The notes under the pieces were generated by a model, which saw nothing but the letters and a program-made list of their open reading frames with translations, searched no databases and was not told the DNA's origin. This document shows, in pieces, positions 6,365-15,961 of a stretch of DNA of 32,000 nt. A program made the position numbers and the translations under genes. The stretch comes from Rhodobacter capsulatus SB 1003 (GTDB lineage Bacteria > Pseudomonadota > Alphaproteobacteria > Rhodobacterales > Rhodobacteraceae), in NCBI RefSeq assembly GCF_000021865.1, contig NC_014034.1, positions 1,050,001-1,082,000 on the forward strand. The letters run 5' to 3'. Each line of letters starts with the position of its first letter. Position 1 is the stretch's first letter.

Positions 6365-7690
6365 CTCGACGCGCAGCATGCGGTATCCGGTGCCGCCGCT
6401 GTCCGCAGCACCGACGCGGACCTTTTTGGCAACAGTGACGCCACCGATCTGCGTCAGCAGCGTGGCCGAAGTTTGGTTGTCGCCTTTGGGCGAGGTGAAA
6501 CTCGCGATGATCATCCCCGCCGCGATCAGACCCCAATAGTCATCTGTCGCCACCAGGCGCCCGCCGAGGCCCGGATCGCATTCGAGCTGCGCAACCTTCT
6601 CCGCCACCCGCGCAACGAGTTTCGCTCGGGCCGTCGGGTCAGTACTCTTGTTGCGCACCGCAAAGATCAGCTGTCCAACCAGATCCTTCGCAAAACTGCC
6701 AAAATAACCGGGATCCGGCAGGTCATCACCGAAGATGAAATTCCCGGTGTCGTCCCAGTCGTATTGCCACCCTGCACCACTCCACCCACCGCCGTTTGCG
6801 AAGGCGTCCCAGGCCAGTTTCGACGCCTCCCAGTACCCCGCGCCGGTCATGTGGATGTAGTTGTCTGCCGAATCCCAGAAATACTGCGGCAGCAGGCTGG
6901 TCGGCACAAAACGCCGTCGGGCCGCATCCATGGCCACGGTACGCCGGATCGCCTTGTTCATGATGGCAGCCAGGTTCGTGTCCCAAAACCGCGACAACCC
7001 GGAACAGATCACCGGCGTTGTTTCGCCGAACCAGCTCAACGCCCGAAAGCGCGTGATCAGCGCATCGAGCAGCCCCGGATACGCCGCCGCATTGCTCGCA
7101 TCGGCCTCTCCTTGCCACCAGAACGCCGCATCGACGCGGTCCACGGTCTTGCCGGTCAGCGCAGCGATCTCGGTCAGCGCAGCCGGGACGTTGGCAACGG
7201 TCGCAGCCCACATGTTCGGGTCAGGAGAGCTGGCGTCCCAGCGCGCAATCGGGACCCCGCCGCGCGAGATATTGATGACAAACACAGGGCGCGTCGGGTT
7301 TTCGATCGCCGCCCGCGCGCCGACGAACATCCCCCAGTTGGCCTGCCCCGCAATGGCCGCCCCGGTCTGGAACGTGCCGATCGTCGTGGTCGCCGCGCTG
7401 GCCGTCAGCGCGGTGCCGGAATAGGACCACATATACAGGTTCGGCGGTGGGTCGAACGAAGCATAGGACGCCCGGCGCGCGGCATTGCTTTGGCCAGCGA
7501 CGAAAAGCACCAGCGGCTCACCGGTCAGCGCCGCGTCAAGATCGTCGAGCCTGTCGGCCAAGGCGCCGGTGCCCGCCAGTTGCGCCGCCAGATCGTTGAT
7601 CGACGTCTTGACCGTCGTGCCGTTGCGGTTGCCGAGGACACTGTCGAGCAGCGCCGCGGAAACCAGATTGGGGGAATTGACGCCAGACAT
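6359..7690 (-). CDS. Tail fibre/tailspike with an SGNH (DUF303 / sialate O-acetylesterase-like) esterase domain
   Basis: Block I reads LFVAGQSNAARR. A WWQGEADAS motif and a block V-like DNYIHMTGAGYWE are present. GAGGAG RBS. It lies directly downstream of the host-specificity gene. Confidence 0.75.
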   Translation of the reverse strand: MSGVNSPNLVSAALLDSVLGNRNGTTVKTSINDLAAQLAGTGALADRLDDLDAALTGEPLVLFVAGQSNAARRASYASFDPPPNLYMWSYSGTALTASAATTTIGTFQTGAAIAGQANWGMFVGARAAIENPTRPVFVINISRGGVPIARWDASSPDPNMWAATVANVPAALTEIAALTGKTVDRVDAAFWWQGEADASNAAAYPGLLDALITRFRALSWFGETTPVICSGLSRFWDTNLAAIMNKAIRRTVAMDAARRRFVPTSLLPQYFWDSADNYIHMTGAGYWEASKLAWDAFANGGGWSGAGWQYDWDDTGNFIFGDDLPDPGYFGSFAKDLVGQLIFAVRNKSTDPTARAKLVARVAEKVAQLECDPGLGGRLVATDDYWGLIAAGMIIASFTSPKGDNQTSATLLTQIGGVTVAKKVRVGAADSGGTGYRMLRVEN

Positions 7691-7716
7691 GCGCGCTCCT
7701 CGTGTGATGATGATGG

Positions 7717-10700
7717 TCAGGTTACGATGATGGTGAAGGGGCCTGCAACCGGGCCGGGAACGCCTGCGGCGTTCTGCGGCTCGATCCAGATGTGATGTGT
7801 GCCTTGAGCCAGACAGGCATCGGTTTCGAGATAGGCGCGGATGTTGTCGATCGTGGCGATCGTGCTCGCCTCGGCCCGGATGCCGATGCCGGTGCCACCG
7901 CTGACCGCCTGGATGCGATCGAACACAGCGCCTGCGGCTGAGACCGCCGTACCCGAGCGGATCGTGCTGCCGGTCAACCGCGCTTGCACAGTCGATCCGG
8001 AGACCGCGATGACATCATAGCTCACTCGGTAATACTTGCCGGACGTCAGCGCGACAGTCTGAGAGAGCGTGCTGGCCGTGCCCGCAGCGTGCGTCGCAAC
8101 CCCGCCAGAGATCGTCCACCCGGCGTCCAATGTCCAGGAGCCCACCGCCTCCAGCCCGCCGCCCACGATCAGGTCGGTGCGGGTCGTGTCGCCGAGCGTC
8201 GTCGCATAGGACTGCCCGGGCTCGACCGCGATCGGCGCCCCCACGGCATCGGTCTCGCGGTCCAGCAGACTGGTGATCGAGCGGTAGATCTGCACCCGTG
8301 CCGTCGCCGTGTCATCGCCGGTGGCGAACTGGATCAGCGCCCCGCCCAGCAGCGTCGTGATCGAGATCGAGGACGCATCGAGCGCGGCGGGCAAGGCCGC
8401 GTCGGCCGACCCGACCACGATCGTGATCGTCGCAGACCATGGCCCCGCGACGCCCGTCGCCCCGATGCCGCGGGCACGCAGATCGACCGACTGCCCGGGC
8501 GTGTAGCTGTCGATCGTGCCGCCGCCATTGGCCACCGGGATCGTGGTGCTGCTCCAGCTCTCGGCGCCGGATATCCGGTGATCCAGACCGATCTCGATCG
8601 TCGGCACCGACCCGGTGCCGGGGGCGACCGCATAGCTGATCCTGTTGGCCAGACCCGTCGCGGCGAGGCCCGAGGTCAGCGCCACAAACCGCGGGGCCGA
8701 GGGCTGCAGCAGGTTGTCGTCGATCTCGGCCCCGACGCGGCTCGACCAGGCGGGGATCGGCGTGGCCGCCAGGATCGTGTCGATCTGCGGCGCGGCATCG
8801 ACGGTGCGCACGATCGCGCACATGTCCTGCGTCGCCTCGATCCGCGTCACGATCTGGGTGTAGCTCTCGACGCGGGCCGGGCCGACGTGCACGAGATCAC
8901 CGACGATCGGCATCGGACCGGAGCCGGTCAGCGTCAGGATCTGCGTCTCGCCCGGCAGGGTCCTGACGGGTCGCACGACCGAGATGCCCACCGTGTCATC
9001 CTCGGCCTCAAAGAAGCGGAACCGCACGGCATAGGTCTCGCCCGCGGCCATCGAGACGACGTCATCGATCTCGACCGCCGCGCCATCCACCGACTTGACC
9101 CGGGCGGCAAGCTGCACGCGGTTGAGCACGTCATGGCTGAGCGCGATGGCGTCGCCCCGAGTGGCGGTGCGCACGGCGCCGTCCTGGGTGACCTCGTAGG
9201 TGTCGGGGCGATGGAGCACCTCCAGCTGGCGCCGCCGCGCCTCGCGCCAGACCTCGGCCGCATGCACCTTGCCGGGCAGAGCCAACTGCTCGGTCATGGT
9301 GATCTCTCCCGTGTAGCCGGGCCAGCGGACGACGCGCTCGGTCTCCTTGAAGTCGTTGCCCGCGTCCTTGAACTTGACCACGAAGGCATGCGGCGGATTG
9401 CGATAGGCGCGGCTCCACTTGAACCCCCACGAATTGCGCGGGTTGATGTGATCGACGATCAGCGTGTTGACGAGCGGCCGATCGATGACGACGCCCCAGC
9501 GGATGCCGTCATGGCGCGGCGTCGCCCGGCCCGCGGCCGCGATCTCGGTCAGCACATCGCGCAGGGTGGTGCCCTGATCCTCCAGCACCGCGTTATAGGT
9601 CAGCCCCTCGGCCGCGCACCATTCTGCCCAGTCGGCGAGCAGGTCGAGATCGAGGCCGGAATCGGCCACCGCCTTGGGGTTGGACGCGTGAGTCAGCACC
9701 TCCAGATAGGCGGCGGCCGGGTTTTCCGAGGCGCGACGCACCCAGACCCCGGAGGCGGCATCCCAGTCGCGGCAGATCCGGCTCACCAGGCAGTTGAAAT
9801 TGTCGATCGAGCCGCTGATCTGATGCGTCGCCTTGATCCGCAGCGCCACCAGCGCCAGCGGCCGCGGATAGGCCAGCGGATATTCCGGCCGGATCGTCTG
9901 CAGCGCGGCCCAGGTGGTGCGCTGGGAAATCTTGCTGTCGGTGGCCTCATCCTGCAGCATCGTCAGGCGGACCTGCCAGCGACCACGGCTGGGAAAGCTC
10001 CAGCTGTGCTGGCGGAAAAACGACTCGGCCTTGGTGGTGACGATATCGAGCTGCGTCACCAGCTGCCATTCCTCGGCCTCGATCAACCGCTGCTCGATCC
10101 TGATCGAGACGCCGTGCGGTTGCCGCTTGCCGTCGTCGTCGTATTTGAACAGCCCGCCGGTCCAGGCGAGGATGATGCTGGCGCCCGCGGCATCCGGGCC
10201 GGTGGTGCGCACGACGGGCGTGGCCGTGGTCGGCGCGTTGACCATCCGGGTCGCGGTATAGGTCTCCCAAATCCAGCCGCCGTCGCCGTCCGAGACCCGC
10301 CTCCGGGCCTCATATTCCTCGGATACCTGCGTGATATTGCCCGCGTCGTCCCTCGGATACGGCCGGGTCAGCTCGACGCCGATCTGCTCCTCGACCACTT
10401 GGCGCGGATAGAGGCTGAGCGGCAGTTCCCCTGCAACGCCATAGCGGATCTCGGTCTCGACCTCGTCATATTCGGAGAGCGAAGTTTCGCCGAGCCGCAT
10501 GCCGTCGATCGCCACCTCGCCCTCGCCAAGGCAAAAGACCGCGCGCATATATTGCTGATCGCCGACAATCTCGGTGTAGGGCGTGGCGGCAAAGGGCGGG
10601 GCATAGCGCATCGTGCCCAGCACCACCGGCACCGCGGCGCCCGGCTCCAACCGATTGCGCCAGCCGCTGATCGCATAGGTGGTCTTGGCCTCGCTGTCGG

Positions 10701-11145
10701 GTTTGACGGGCGGGATCAGAGCGTTGATCAGCAGCTGGCCGACAATCGTGAAGCCCGCGACCGCCAACCCCCATTGCCAGCTCCCGACCGCAAATCCGGG
10801 GAACAGAAACCCGGTGAGCGCGACGGCCGCGACCGAAACGATGATCGACAGGATTGACCTGAGGGCGCCTTTGCCGGGCGTGATCCGGATCACCACGCGC
10901 ACCCCCGGCCGCGGCCGGGCCAGCGCCCAGAGCTCGCGCGGCACGATCTGCGTGCCCCGCTCGGTCACCAGCGCCACCCGGGCGCGGGCCAGATCAGCCT
11001 CGGTGGCCGCAGGCAGCGCCCGGGCGACGATCTCGGCCAGGGTCAGCCCATGCGGCACATCAAGCGTGATCCGCCCGCGGCCGGGATCGAACTGCGGGGC
11101 CGCCAGCACATGGATGGGGGCGGAAACGGGGCGCAGATCCCTCAT
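7717..11145 (-). CDS. Host-specificity / tail-tip protein (lambda J-like) with an N-terminal gpI-like tail-assembly segment fused
   Basis: 1142 aa. The N-terminal ~120 aa has a ubiquitin-like segment plus a hydrophobic helix (ILSIIVSVAAVALTGFLFPGF), as in lambda gpI. The large remainder sits in the J position after the M/L/K-like genes. ATGA overlap with the upstream gene. Confidence 0.8.
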   Translation of the reverse strand: MRDLRPVSAPIHVLAAPQFDPGRGRITLDVPHGLTLAEIVARALPAATEADLARARVALVTERGTQIVPRELWALARPRPGVRVVIRITPGKGALRSILSIIVSVAAVALTGFLFPGFAVGSWQWGLAVAGFTIVGQLLINALIPPVKPDSEAKTTYAISGWRNRLEPGAAVPVVLGTMRYAPPFAATPYTEIVGDQQYMRAVFCLGEGEVAIDGMRLGETSLSEYDEVETEIRYGVAGELPLSLYPRQVVEEQIGVELTRPYPRDDAGNITQVSEEYEARRRVSDGDGGWIWETYTATRMVNAPTTATPVVRTTGPDAAGASIILAWTGGLFKYDDDGKRQPHGVSIRIEQRLIEAEEWQLVTQLDIVTTKAESFFRQHSWSFPSRGRWQVRLTMLQDEATDSKISQRTTWAALQTIRPEYPLAYPRPLALVALRIKATHQISGSIDNFNCLVSRICRDWDAASGVWVRRASENPAAAYLEVLTHASNPKAVADSGLDLDLLADWAEWCAAEGLTYNAVLEDQGTTLRDVLTEIAAAGRATPRHDGIRWGVVIDRPLVNTLIVDHINPRNSWGFKWSRAYRNPPHAFVVKFKDAGNDFKETERVVRWPGYTGEITMTEQLALPGKVHAAEVWREARRRQLEVLHRPDTYEVTQDGAVRTATRGDAIALSHDVLNRVQLAARVKSVDGAAVEIDDVVSMAAGETYAVRFRFFEAEDDTVGISVVRPVRTLPGETQILTLTGSGPMPIVGDLVHVGPARVESYTQIVTRIEATQDMCAIVRTVDAAPQIDTILAATPIPAWSSRVGAEIDDNLLQPSAPRFVALTSGLAATGLANRISYAVAPGTGSVPTIEIGLDHRISGAESWSSTTIPVANGGGTIDSYTPGQSVDLRARGIGATGVAGPWSATITIVVGSADAALPAALDASSISITTLLGGALIQFATGDDTATARVQIYRSITSLLDRETDAVGAPIAVEPGQSYATTLGDTTRTDLIVGGGLEAVGSWTLDAGWTISGGVATHAAGTASTLSQTVALTSGKYYRVSYDVIAVSGSTVQARLTGSTIRSGTAVSAAGAVFDRIQAVSGGTGIGIRAEASTIATIDNIRAYLETDACLAQGTHHIWIEPQNAAGVPGPVAGPFTIIVT

Positions 11146-11582
11146 CTTGCGGCCTCCGAAATGATCTGCACGTGGCGTTCAAAGGGGCTTTGAACGTGCC
11201 GCCAATGCCCCGTGAACCGGTGCGCCCAGGGGCCGCGCCGATAGTCCTCCAGCACCGCATGGGTCTGGCCGATGTGGATCATCAGCCCGTGGCGAATGAC
11301 GATGCCCAGATGCGTCGAGAGCCGACCGCGCCGGAAAACCGCAAGATCGAAGGCGAGCGCCGGGCCGGTCACCGGCACCCAGAGCGGCGAGGTCTTTGCA
11401 CCCTCGATCAGCGCGGCGATTTCGCCATGCTCCTCGACCGAGCCATAGCCCAGGTACTCGGGCAGCGTGATCCCCAGCTCCTCGCGGTAAATCACGCAAG
11501 CGAGGCCCCAGCAGTCAGCTCCCTCGGCCGAGCGGCCGTGATCGAGGTGCGGAATGCCGACGTAGCGGTTTGACCAGGACAT
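11142..11582 (-). CDS. NlpC/P60-family tail-tip peptidase (lambda gpK / RcGTA g14-like)
   Basis: Contains GADCWGLACVIYREELGI (catalytic Cys) and LSTHLGIVIRHGLMIHI. I chose the start at ATG 11582, 2 nt after the upstream stop. The longer ORF-track start is Arg-rich and overlaps the upstream gene. Confidence 0.8.
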   Translation of the reverse strand: MSWSNRYVGIPHLDHGRSAEGADCWGLACVIYREELGITLPEYLGYGSVEEHGEIAALIEGAKTSPLWVPVTGPALAFDLAVFRRGRLSTHLGIVIRHGLMIHIGQTHAVLEDYRRGPWAHRFTGHWRHVQSPFERHVQIISEAAR

Positions 11583-11584
11583 GC

Positions 11585-12112
11585 TTACCTCCACAGCCCG
11601 GGGAATTTCTGACGGGTCATCCGCCCGGCCGGGAAATGCTCCAGCTCGATCTCGTCGCGCGAGAGCGAGAGCGTGATCTCGGCCGAGGTGCCGTCGGCGG
11701 TGCTGAGCAGCATCCCGTGCCACTCAGATTCGATCAGGTTCGGCGTCGCGGCCTCGACCACAGCGACCGCGACGGTCGCCAGATCGGTGTAAGACCGCAG
11801 CACCTCGGTCAGCTGCGCGTCGAGATTTTCGAGAACGATCTGAGCCTGCGCCGGGGCGTCCTCGGCATCGTCAGGAAGAACGGCCGAGGCGATGATCCAG
11901 AGGTAAGGGTCAGTGGCAGGGTCAGCCCCGCGCCAGGTGGACCGCGTGCCGTAGATCCGCGGCTCGTCCGAGATCCGCTCGGTGTTGTCGGTGCTGAGCC
12001 GGATCGGCGCTGCCAGCTCGGGGTGGGTGATCTCGATCAGCACCACATCGATCTCGGCCGAGACCGGGTCGATCTGCGCCTGACGCGCGTTGAGAGAGAC
12101 ACGACGGCTCAT
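11585..12112 (-). CDS. Minor tail / tail-tip protein in the lambda gpL position (DUF1833-like)
   Basis: ATG 12112 makes an ATGA overlap with the upstream stop. The assignment rests on position between the M-like and K-like genes and on the pattern ...VLIEITHPELAAPIRLSTDN.... Confidence 0.65.
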   Translation of the reverse strand: MSRRVSLNARQAQIDPVSAEIDVVLIEITHPELAAPIRLSTDNTERISDEPRIYGTRSTWRGADPATDPYLWIIASAVLPDDAEDAPAQAQIVLENLDAQLTEVLRSYTDLATVAVAVVEAATPNLIESEWHGMLLSTADGTSAEITLSLSRDEIELEHFPAGRMTRQKFPGLWR

Positions 12113-12531
12113 GGCATCACCACCACTTGGAACTGCTTGCGGAACTCGATGCCCTGGATCGTCTCGATCGGCGGCGTGTCGCCCCAGGCGCAGAGCCACC
12201 GCGACGCGAGCAGGATCGGCGTGCCGTCATGGGTCAGCAGCGGCTGCCCGTCATGGGTCAGGAGCGGCTGCCCGTCGCGGGTCGCGTCCGGCATCCAGAA
12301 CAGCGCCGCGCCCTGGGCGCAGTCATCGCCGTAGAAATTGTCGAACACCGCCCGCTGATTGGCCGTCAGGATCAGCGAGAGGGAGACCAGTTTCGCCACC
12401 GCCGAAAACCGGCGCCGATAGCCGGGCGGCCCGGCCTCGAATCCGCGCTTGCGGCGCGCATCCTGCGGCTGCAGCTGATAGCTGGAGCGCTCGGGCCGGG
12501 GCAGATCGCTGGGCCAGACGGGATAGCTCAT
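12109..12531 (-). CDS. Minor tail protein in the lambda gpM position; contains a tandem 8-aa repeat
   Basis: ATGA overlap with the tape-measure stop. 140 aa. DGQPLLTH occurs twice and is followed by DGTPIL. Confidence 0.65.
   Translation of the reverse strand: MSYPVWPSDLPRPERSSYQLQPQDARRKRGFEAGPPGYRRRFSAVAKLVSLSLILTANQRAVFDNFYGDDCAQGAALFWMPDATRDGQPLLTHDGQPLLTHDGTPILLASRWLCAWGDTPPIETIQGIEFRKQFQVVVMP
12224..12271. repeat. 24-bp tandem repeat (2 copies, 1 mismatch, plus a degenerate third copy) inside the gpM-like gene
   Basis: CCGTCATGGGTCAGCAGCGGCTGC (12224-12247) and CCGTCATGGGTCAGGAGCGGCTGC (12248-12271). Confidence 0.9.
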
Positions 12532-15500
12532 CGCGCGATCCCCGTCGGTGTGACGCCGTAAAACTCGCGCATCGCGCGCCGCCCGCGCCCGCCGGGCGTG
12601 ATCAGGCCATCGCCCACGGCGTCGGAGAGGACATAGCGCGGCTGGCGCTGGCCGCGGCTGTCGGTCACTTCCTGCACCTCGATATCGACCTGGCGCGAGC
12701 TGTTGTTGATGATCTGCGGTTGCAACATGACCACCGGCGCCTGGGCCGAATTGGCCGGAGCGCCGCCACTCAGGATGCGACGGGTCAGATCGGCCGGGAC
12801 GATCGTGCTCGGCCCGGTGTATTCGAGCTCGGGTCCGTTTTCGCCCACAATACGCAGCCCGCCACCATGCTGCCCGCCGCCCGCAAAGCCGGGGATGCCG
12901 AGCCCGCTCATGACCGACGAAAACAGCGTGCCCCAGAAGCCGCCGCCCCCACCGCCCTGCACGGCACTGCCGAGCGCCTGGCCGAACTTGTCGAACCCCG
13001 TGCCCATCGTCCCGAGTTGCCCGGTGGCGAGCGTCGTCGTCGTGCCGAACTTCGCCATCGCCTGTTCGGCCGCGCCGAGCCGGTTTGCCCAGCTTTTCTG
13101 CATCGCCTCATCGGACGGGCGCTCAAACTGACGCATCCAAGCATTGGTCGCGCTCGACACATCCGGCGCCGCCTTGAGCGCGGCCAGAGCGCCAGAATGG
13201 GTCGTGTTCAGCTCGCGCCAGGCGTAATCGAGCTGGCCCTGCACGTTGCCAAGGTTCTGGCGCCCACCCAAAGCAGCCAGCAGACCATCAGCGCGCGGAC
13301 CGTGGTGCTGGAACAGCCCGAAGCTGGTCGGCACGCCATTCTTGTCGTCCCCGCCTGCAAGCGGGTTGAAGCTGCTTTCACCTTGCACGTTACCCATGAT
13401 CGCGGCCACCTGATGCGGCTTCAGGCCCTTGGAGCTGAAGAAGCTCCAGACCTGTTTTTGTACATCGGCCGAGCCCTGCAGCCCGCCCATCCCGCCGCCC
13501 GCGCTGATGCCGCCCGCCAGCCCGCCCACGCCCGCGCCGCCGATGATCACCGTGGCGGCGGTGACGTTCATGCTGGCTACGGTACGCATCGCCGCTGCGG
13601 CGGCTTGGCTTGGATCAACCTGGGGACCCTTGCCGGTGAAGCGATCCCAGATGCCCTGCAGCCCGCCGACATCGCCCATCGTCGCGTAGTCGGTGCCGAA
13701 GATCGCATTCTTGAGCGGGTTGGTGATCGCCAGCTCTTCAAACATAGAGCCGAGTTCGGAGGCGAGGTTTTCGAAGGCGCCACCAAGATCACCTTCCTTC
13801 AGCGCGTCAAAGATCCCGTCGATCGCGTTTTCGCCAGCCTTCTGCACCGTGTCCCAGGCATCGGCGACGCGATCGAGCTGCGCCTGCAGATCGCTCGACA
13901 GATCTGCTTGCTGCAGGATCTGCCGTGCGCGGTCGCTATCGCGATCGATCCCCGCGGTCCGGATATCCATCTCGGCCTGATAAATCGCCAGCACCCGGCG
14001 CCGCACGGTCTCGCTCTGGCCGACAAGGCTCAGCTCCAGCTGCAGCTGACCCACGGTCTGCGCCTGGGAGCGATAAAGCTCGCGTCCCGCCGCCACGAGG
14101 CCAAAGGGATCGGCACTGGACAAGCCCTTGCTCGATTCCCAGAGGTCGCGCAGCTGCTGCTTGTGGGCCTCGGTCAGCTGCGTCATGTCCCGCAGCTTCG
14201 CCTCGAAATCCTGACGCTCTGCCTCGATCTGCAGGCGCTTCACTTCGAGGCTGTCCGCGCCATATTGCGCGGTGGCCTCGGCGATTTTCTTCGTCATCTC
14301 CAGATCGTCGGACAAGTCGTAAGGCGCGCGCGTGTCTTTCAGCGCCTTCATCACATCGCCGGTGAGGTCTTTGAGCTCTTTGGCCTTTTCTGCCGCCGTC
14401 TTGTACGGTGCGCCGATGTCAGCCTTCGAAACAGACTTCAACAGCGCGTCAATCTGCTCACTCGTGCCCTTAACGCGCAGCGCCTCCAGCGCGACTTTAG
14501 CGACGTTTGCGCCGAACGTCAGAGCCGCCTCGGAAGCGCCGTCAGCGTTGTACTGAGCTTTTTTAATAGCTTTTGCGATCTCTTGTGCTGCAGCGGCCCT
14601 CTCCGCATCGGTGCTCGCAAACTGGTATTTTTGAATCGCAGCCCCAACCTGAGCGGCACCATAGCTGGTCAGGTTGAATTGTTTCTCGAGCGTCCGTAGA
14701 TCAACGACCCCCCACGACGCCATGTCGTCAATGGTGTCGGAAATAGACCCGATTGCATCTTTCAAGTCCTTTGCGGCTTGCATCTGCGCGATGCCAAGCA
14801 TCGCGAGGTTCATTTCGCGCGCTTTTTTTGCGCCGACACCGAAGTCCTCGCTCAGCTCGGAGGTGCCCTTCTTGGCCTCCTTCATCGCGCGATTAACGGC
14901 CGAAGTTGATTTCTCCAGATCGCCGAGCGTCTCATCGAGCGTCTGCGCTTTCTCGCCGGAGTCCATGAACCATTGCACGGCGGCCGTGCCGAAGCCGATC
15001 ACTGCCATGGTGGCGAGCGACATCGGGTTGAGCATCCCCATGAAGGAGGCCCGCAGCGCAGTCCCGACACTCAGGCCGGAGGCGCGCAACCCGGCGAAGG
15101 TTTGCGTCACCTGTGTGCCCTGCTGCATCATCAGCATCATCGGGTTTTGGCCGGCCATCGCCATCATCGCGATGTCGTTCCACTGGTACATCAGGTTTGC
15201 CGAATAAGCTGCAGCGGCCCCTGACCCTGACCCGGCGGCCGGGGAAGCCGGAACCGGGTTCGGGACCGGCGGCACAACCGGGGGCGCAGGCGTCGGAACT
15301 GGGGGCGGAGTCGGAACCGGCGTGGGCAAAGGCGCGGTGAAGCTGTCGATCGACGTGGTCGCCTTGCGCAGCGCCTCGCGCGCGCGGGCCTCCGTCTCGG
15401 CCGCGGCGGCCGCTTCGCGCGACGCCTGGGCCGCATCGCGTTTGGCGGCCGCGTTTTGGATGGTGGCGGCGGTGTCCTGACCTGTCACGGCAGCCGCGCC

Positions 15501-15611
15501 TTGCGTCTCGGCGGCCAGCGCATCCGTTGCGGCCAGCACTTCCTTGGCAGCCGCCGTCGCGCTGGACGCGTTCCCGCGAAAGATCAGCTCATAGACGAAA
15601 GGCCCGCTCAT
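12528..15611 (-). CDS. Tail tape measure protein with an internal lysozyme-like (phage tail lysozyme) domain
   Basis: 1027 aa, Ala/Gln/Glu-rich and helical, with a Pro-rich linker and hydrophobic Met/Gly segments. It lies between the chaperone genes and the tail-tip genes. IMGNVQGESSFNPLAGG...SFGLFQHHGPR resembles the tail-lysozyme motif. Confidence 0.85.
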   Translation of the reverse strand: MSGPFVYELIFRGNASSATAAAKEVLAATDALAAETQGAAAVTGQDTAATIQNAAAKRDAAQASREAAAAAETEARAREALRKATTSIDSFTAPLPTPVPTPPPVPTPAPPVVPPVPNPVPASPAAGSGSGAAAAYSANLMYQWNDIAMMAMAGQNPMMLMMQQGTQVTQTFAGLRASGLSVGTALRASFMGMLNPMSLATMAVIGFGTAAVQWFMDSGEKAQTLDETLGDLEKSTSAVNRAMKEAKKGTSELSEDFGVGAKKAREMNLAMLGIAQMQAAKDLKDAIGSISDTIDDMASWGVVDLRTLEKQFNLTSYGAAQVGAAIQKYQFASTDAERAAAAQEIAKAIKKAQYNADGASEAALTFGANVAKVALEALRVKGTSEQIDALLKSVSKADIGAPYKTAAEKAKELKDLTGDVMKALKDTRAPYDLSDDLEMTKKIAEATAQYGADSLEVKRLQIEAERQDFEAKLRDMTQLTEAHKQQLRDLWESSKGLSSADPFGLVAAGRELYRSQAQTVGQLQLELSLVGQSETVRRRVLAIYQAEMDIRTAGIDRDSDRARQILQQADLSSDLQAQLDRVADAWDTVQKAGENAIDGIFDALKEGDLGGAFENLASELGSMFEELAITNPLKNAIFGTDYATMGDVGGLQGIWDRFTGKGPQVDPSQAAAAAMRTVASMNVTAATVIIGGAGVGGLAGGISAGGGMGGLQGSADVQKQVWSFFSSKGLKPHQVAAIMGNVQGESSFNPLAGGDDKNGVPTSFGLFQHHGPRADGLLAALGGRQNLGNVQGQLDYAWRELNTTHSGALAALKAAPDVSSATNAWMRQFERPSDEAMQKSWANRLGAAEQAMAKFGTTTTLATGQLGTMGTGFDKFGQALGSAVQGGGGGGFWGTLFSSVMSGLGIPGFAGGGQHGGGLRIVGENGPELEYTGPSTIVPADLTRRILSGGAPANSAQAPVVMLQPQIINNSSRQVDIEVQEVTDSRGQRQPRYVLSDAVGDGLITPGGRGRRAMREFYGVTPTGIAR

Positions 15612-15612
15612 C

Positions 15613-15828
15613 TCATCTTCCCACGAAAGCGTCGATCGCAGCCCGCTCCATCAGCTGCAGATCCGCAAAATCCACGTCGTCGTATCCACCCCGCCGCAGC
15701 GCGACATCGACACCGGAATAGTCGAGGCCCAACCACAGCGCGCCGTGCACCTCGGTCACCCGCCACTGGGTCTGGATGTCGAAAAAGGCCGCGACCGTCC
15801 GCGCGTGGCACTGCCAGATCTCGATCAC
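15613..15828 (-). CDS. DUF1799-like tail assembly chaperone domain (the T part of a G/GT pair), here in its own frame with a GTG start
   Basis: IEIWQCHARTVAAFFDIQTQWRV...GLDYSGVDVAL...FADLQLMERAAIDAF matches the DUF1799 pattern. It lies immediately upstream of the tape measure gene. Confidence 0.65.
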   Translation of the reverse strand: MIEIWQCHARTVAAFFDIQTQWRVTEVHGALWLGLDYSGVDVALRRGGYDDVDFADLQLMERAAIDAFVGR

Positions 15829-15961
15829 ATCCTCGGTGACGGGGGCTCGATCTCGGCCCCCATCGCAGCAAACTGCGCGGCGATGTCGGGTGTTGCCACG
15901 ACAGGTCGGCTTGGATCGACCCGGCCCAGCCGCGCGCAGATCCAGGCGCGCGCGACGGCCG

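Noticed and set aside
5058-7795. Plus-strand ORFs 5058-6149 and 6017-7795 opposite the spike and esterase genes
   Set aside because: They are Arg/Pro/Gly-rich shadow frames. The minus-strand products carry GhsA/B-like and SGNH motifs.
7984-10857. 957-aa plus-strand ORF antisense to the host-specificity gene
   Set aside because: It is extremely Arg/Gly/Asp/Pro-rich with no motifs. It lies wholly antisense to a well-supported 1142-aa gene. This is a typical stop-free shadow frame of high-GC DNA.
12090-14699. 869-aa plus-strand ORF antisense to the tape measure and gpM-like genes
   Set aside because: It shows the same shadow-frame composition (Arg/Ala/Pro/Gly runs). The minus-strand genes have clear motifs and coupled starts.
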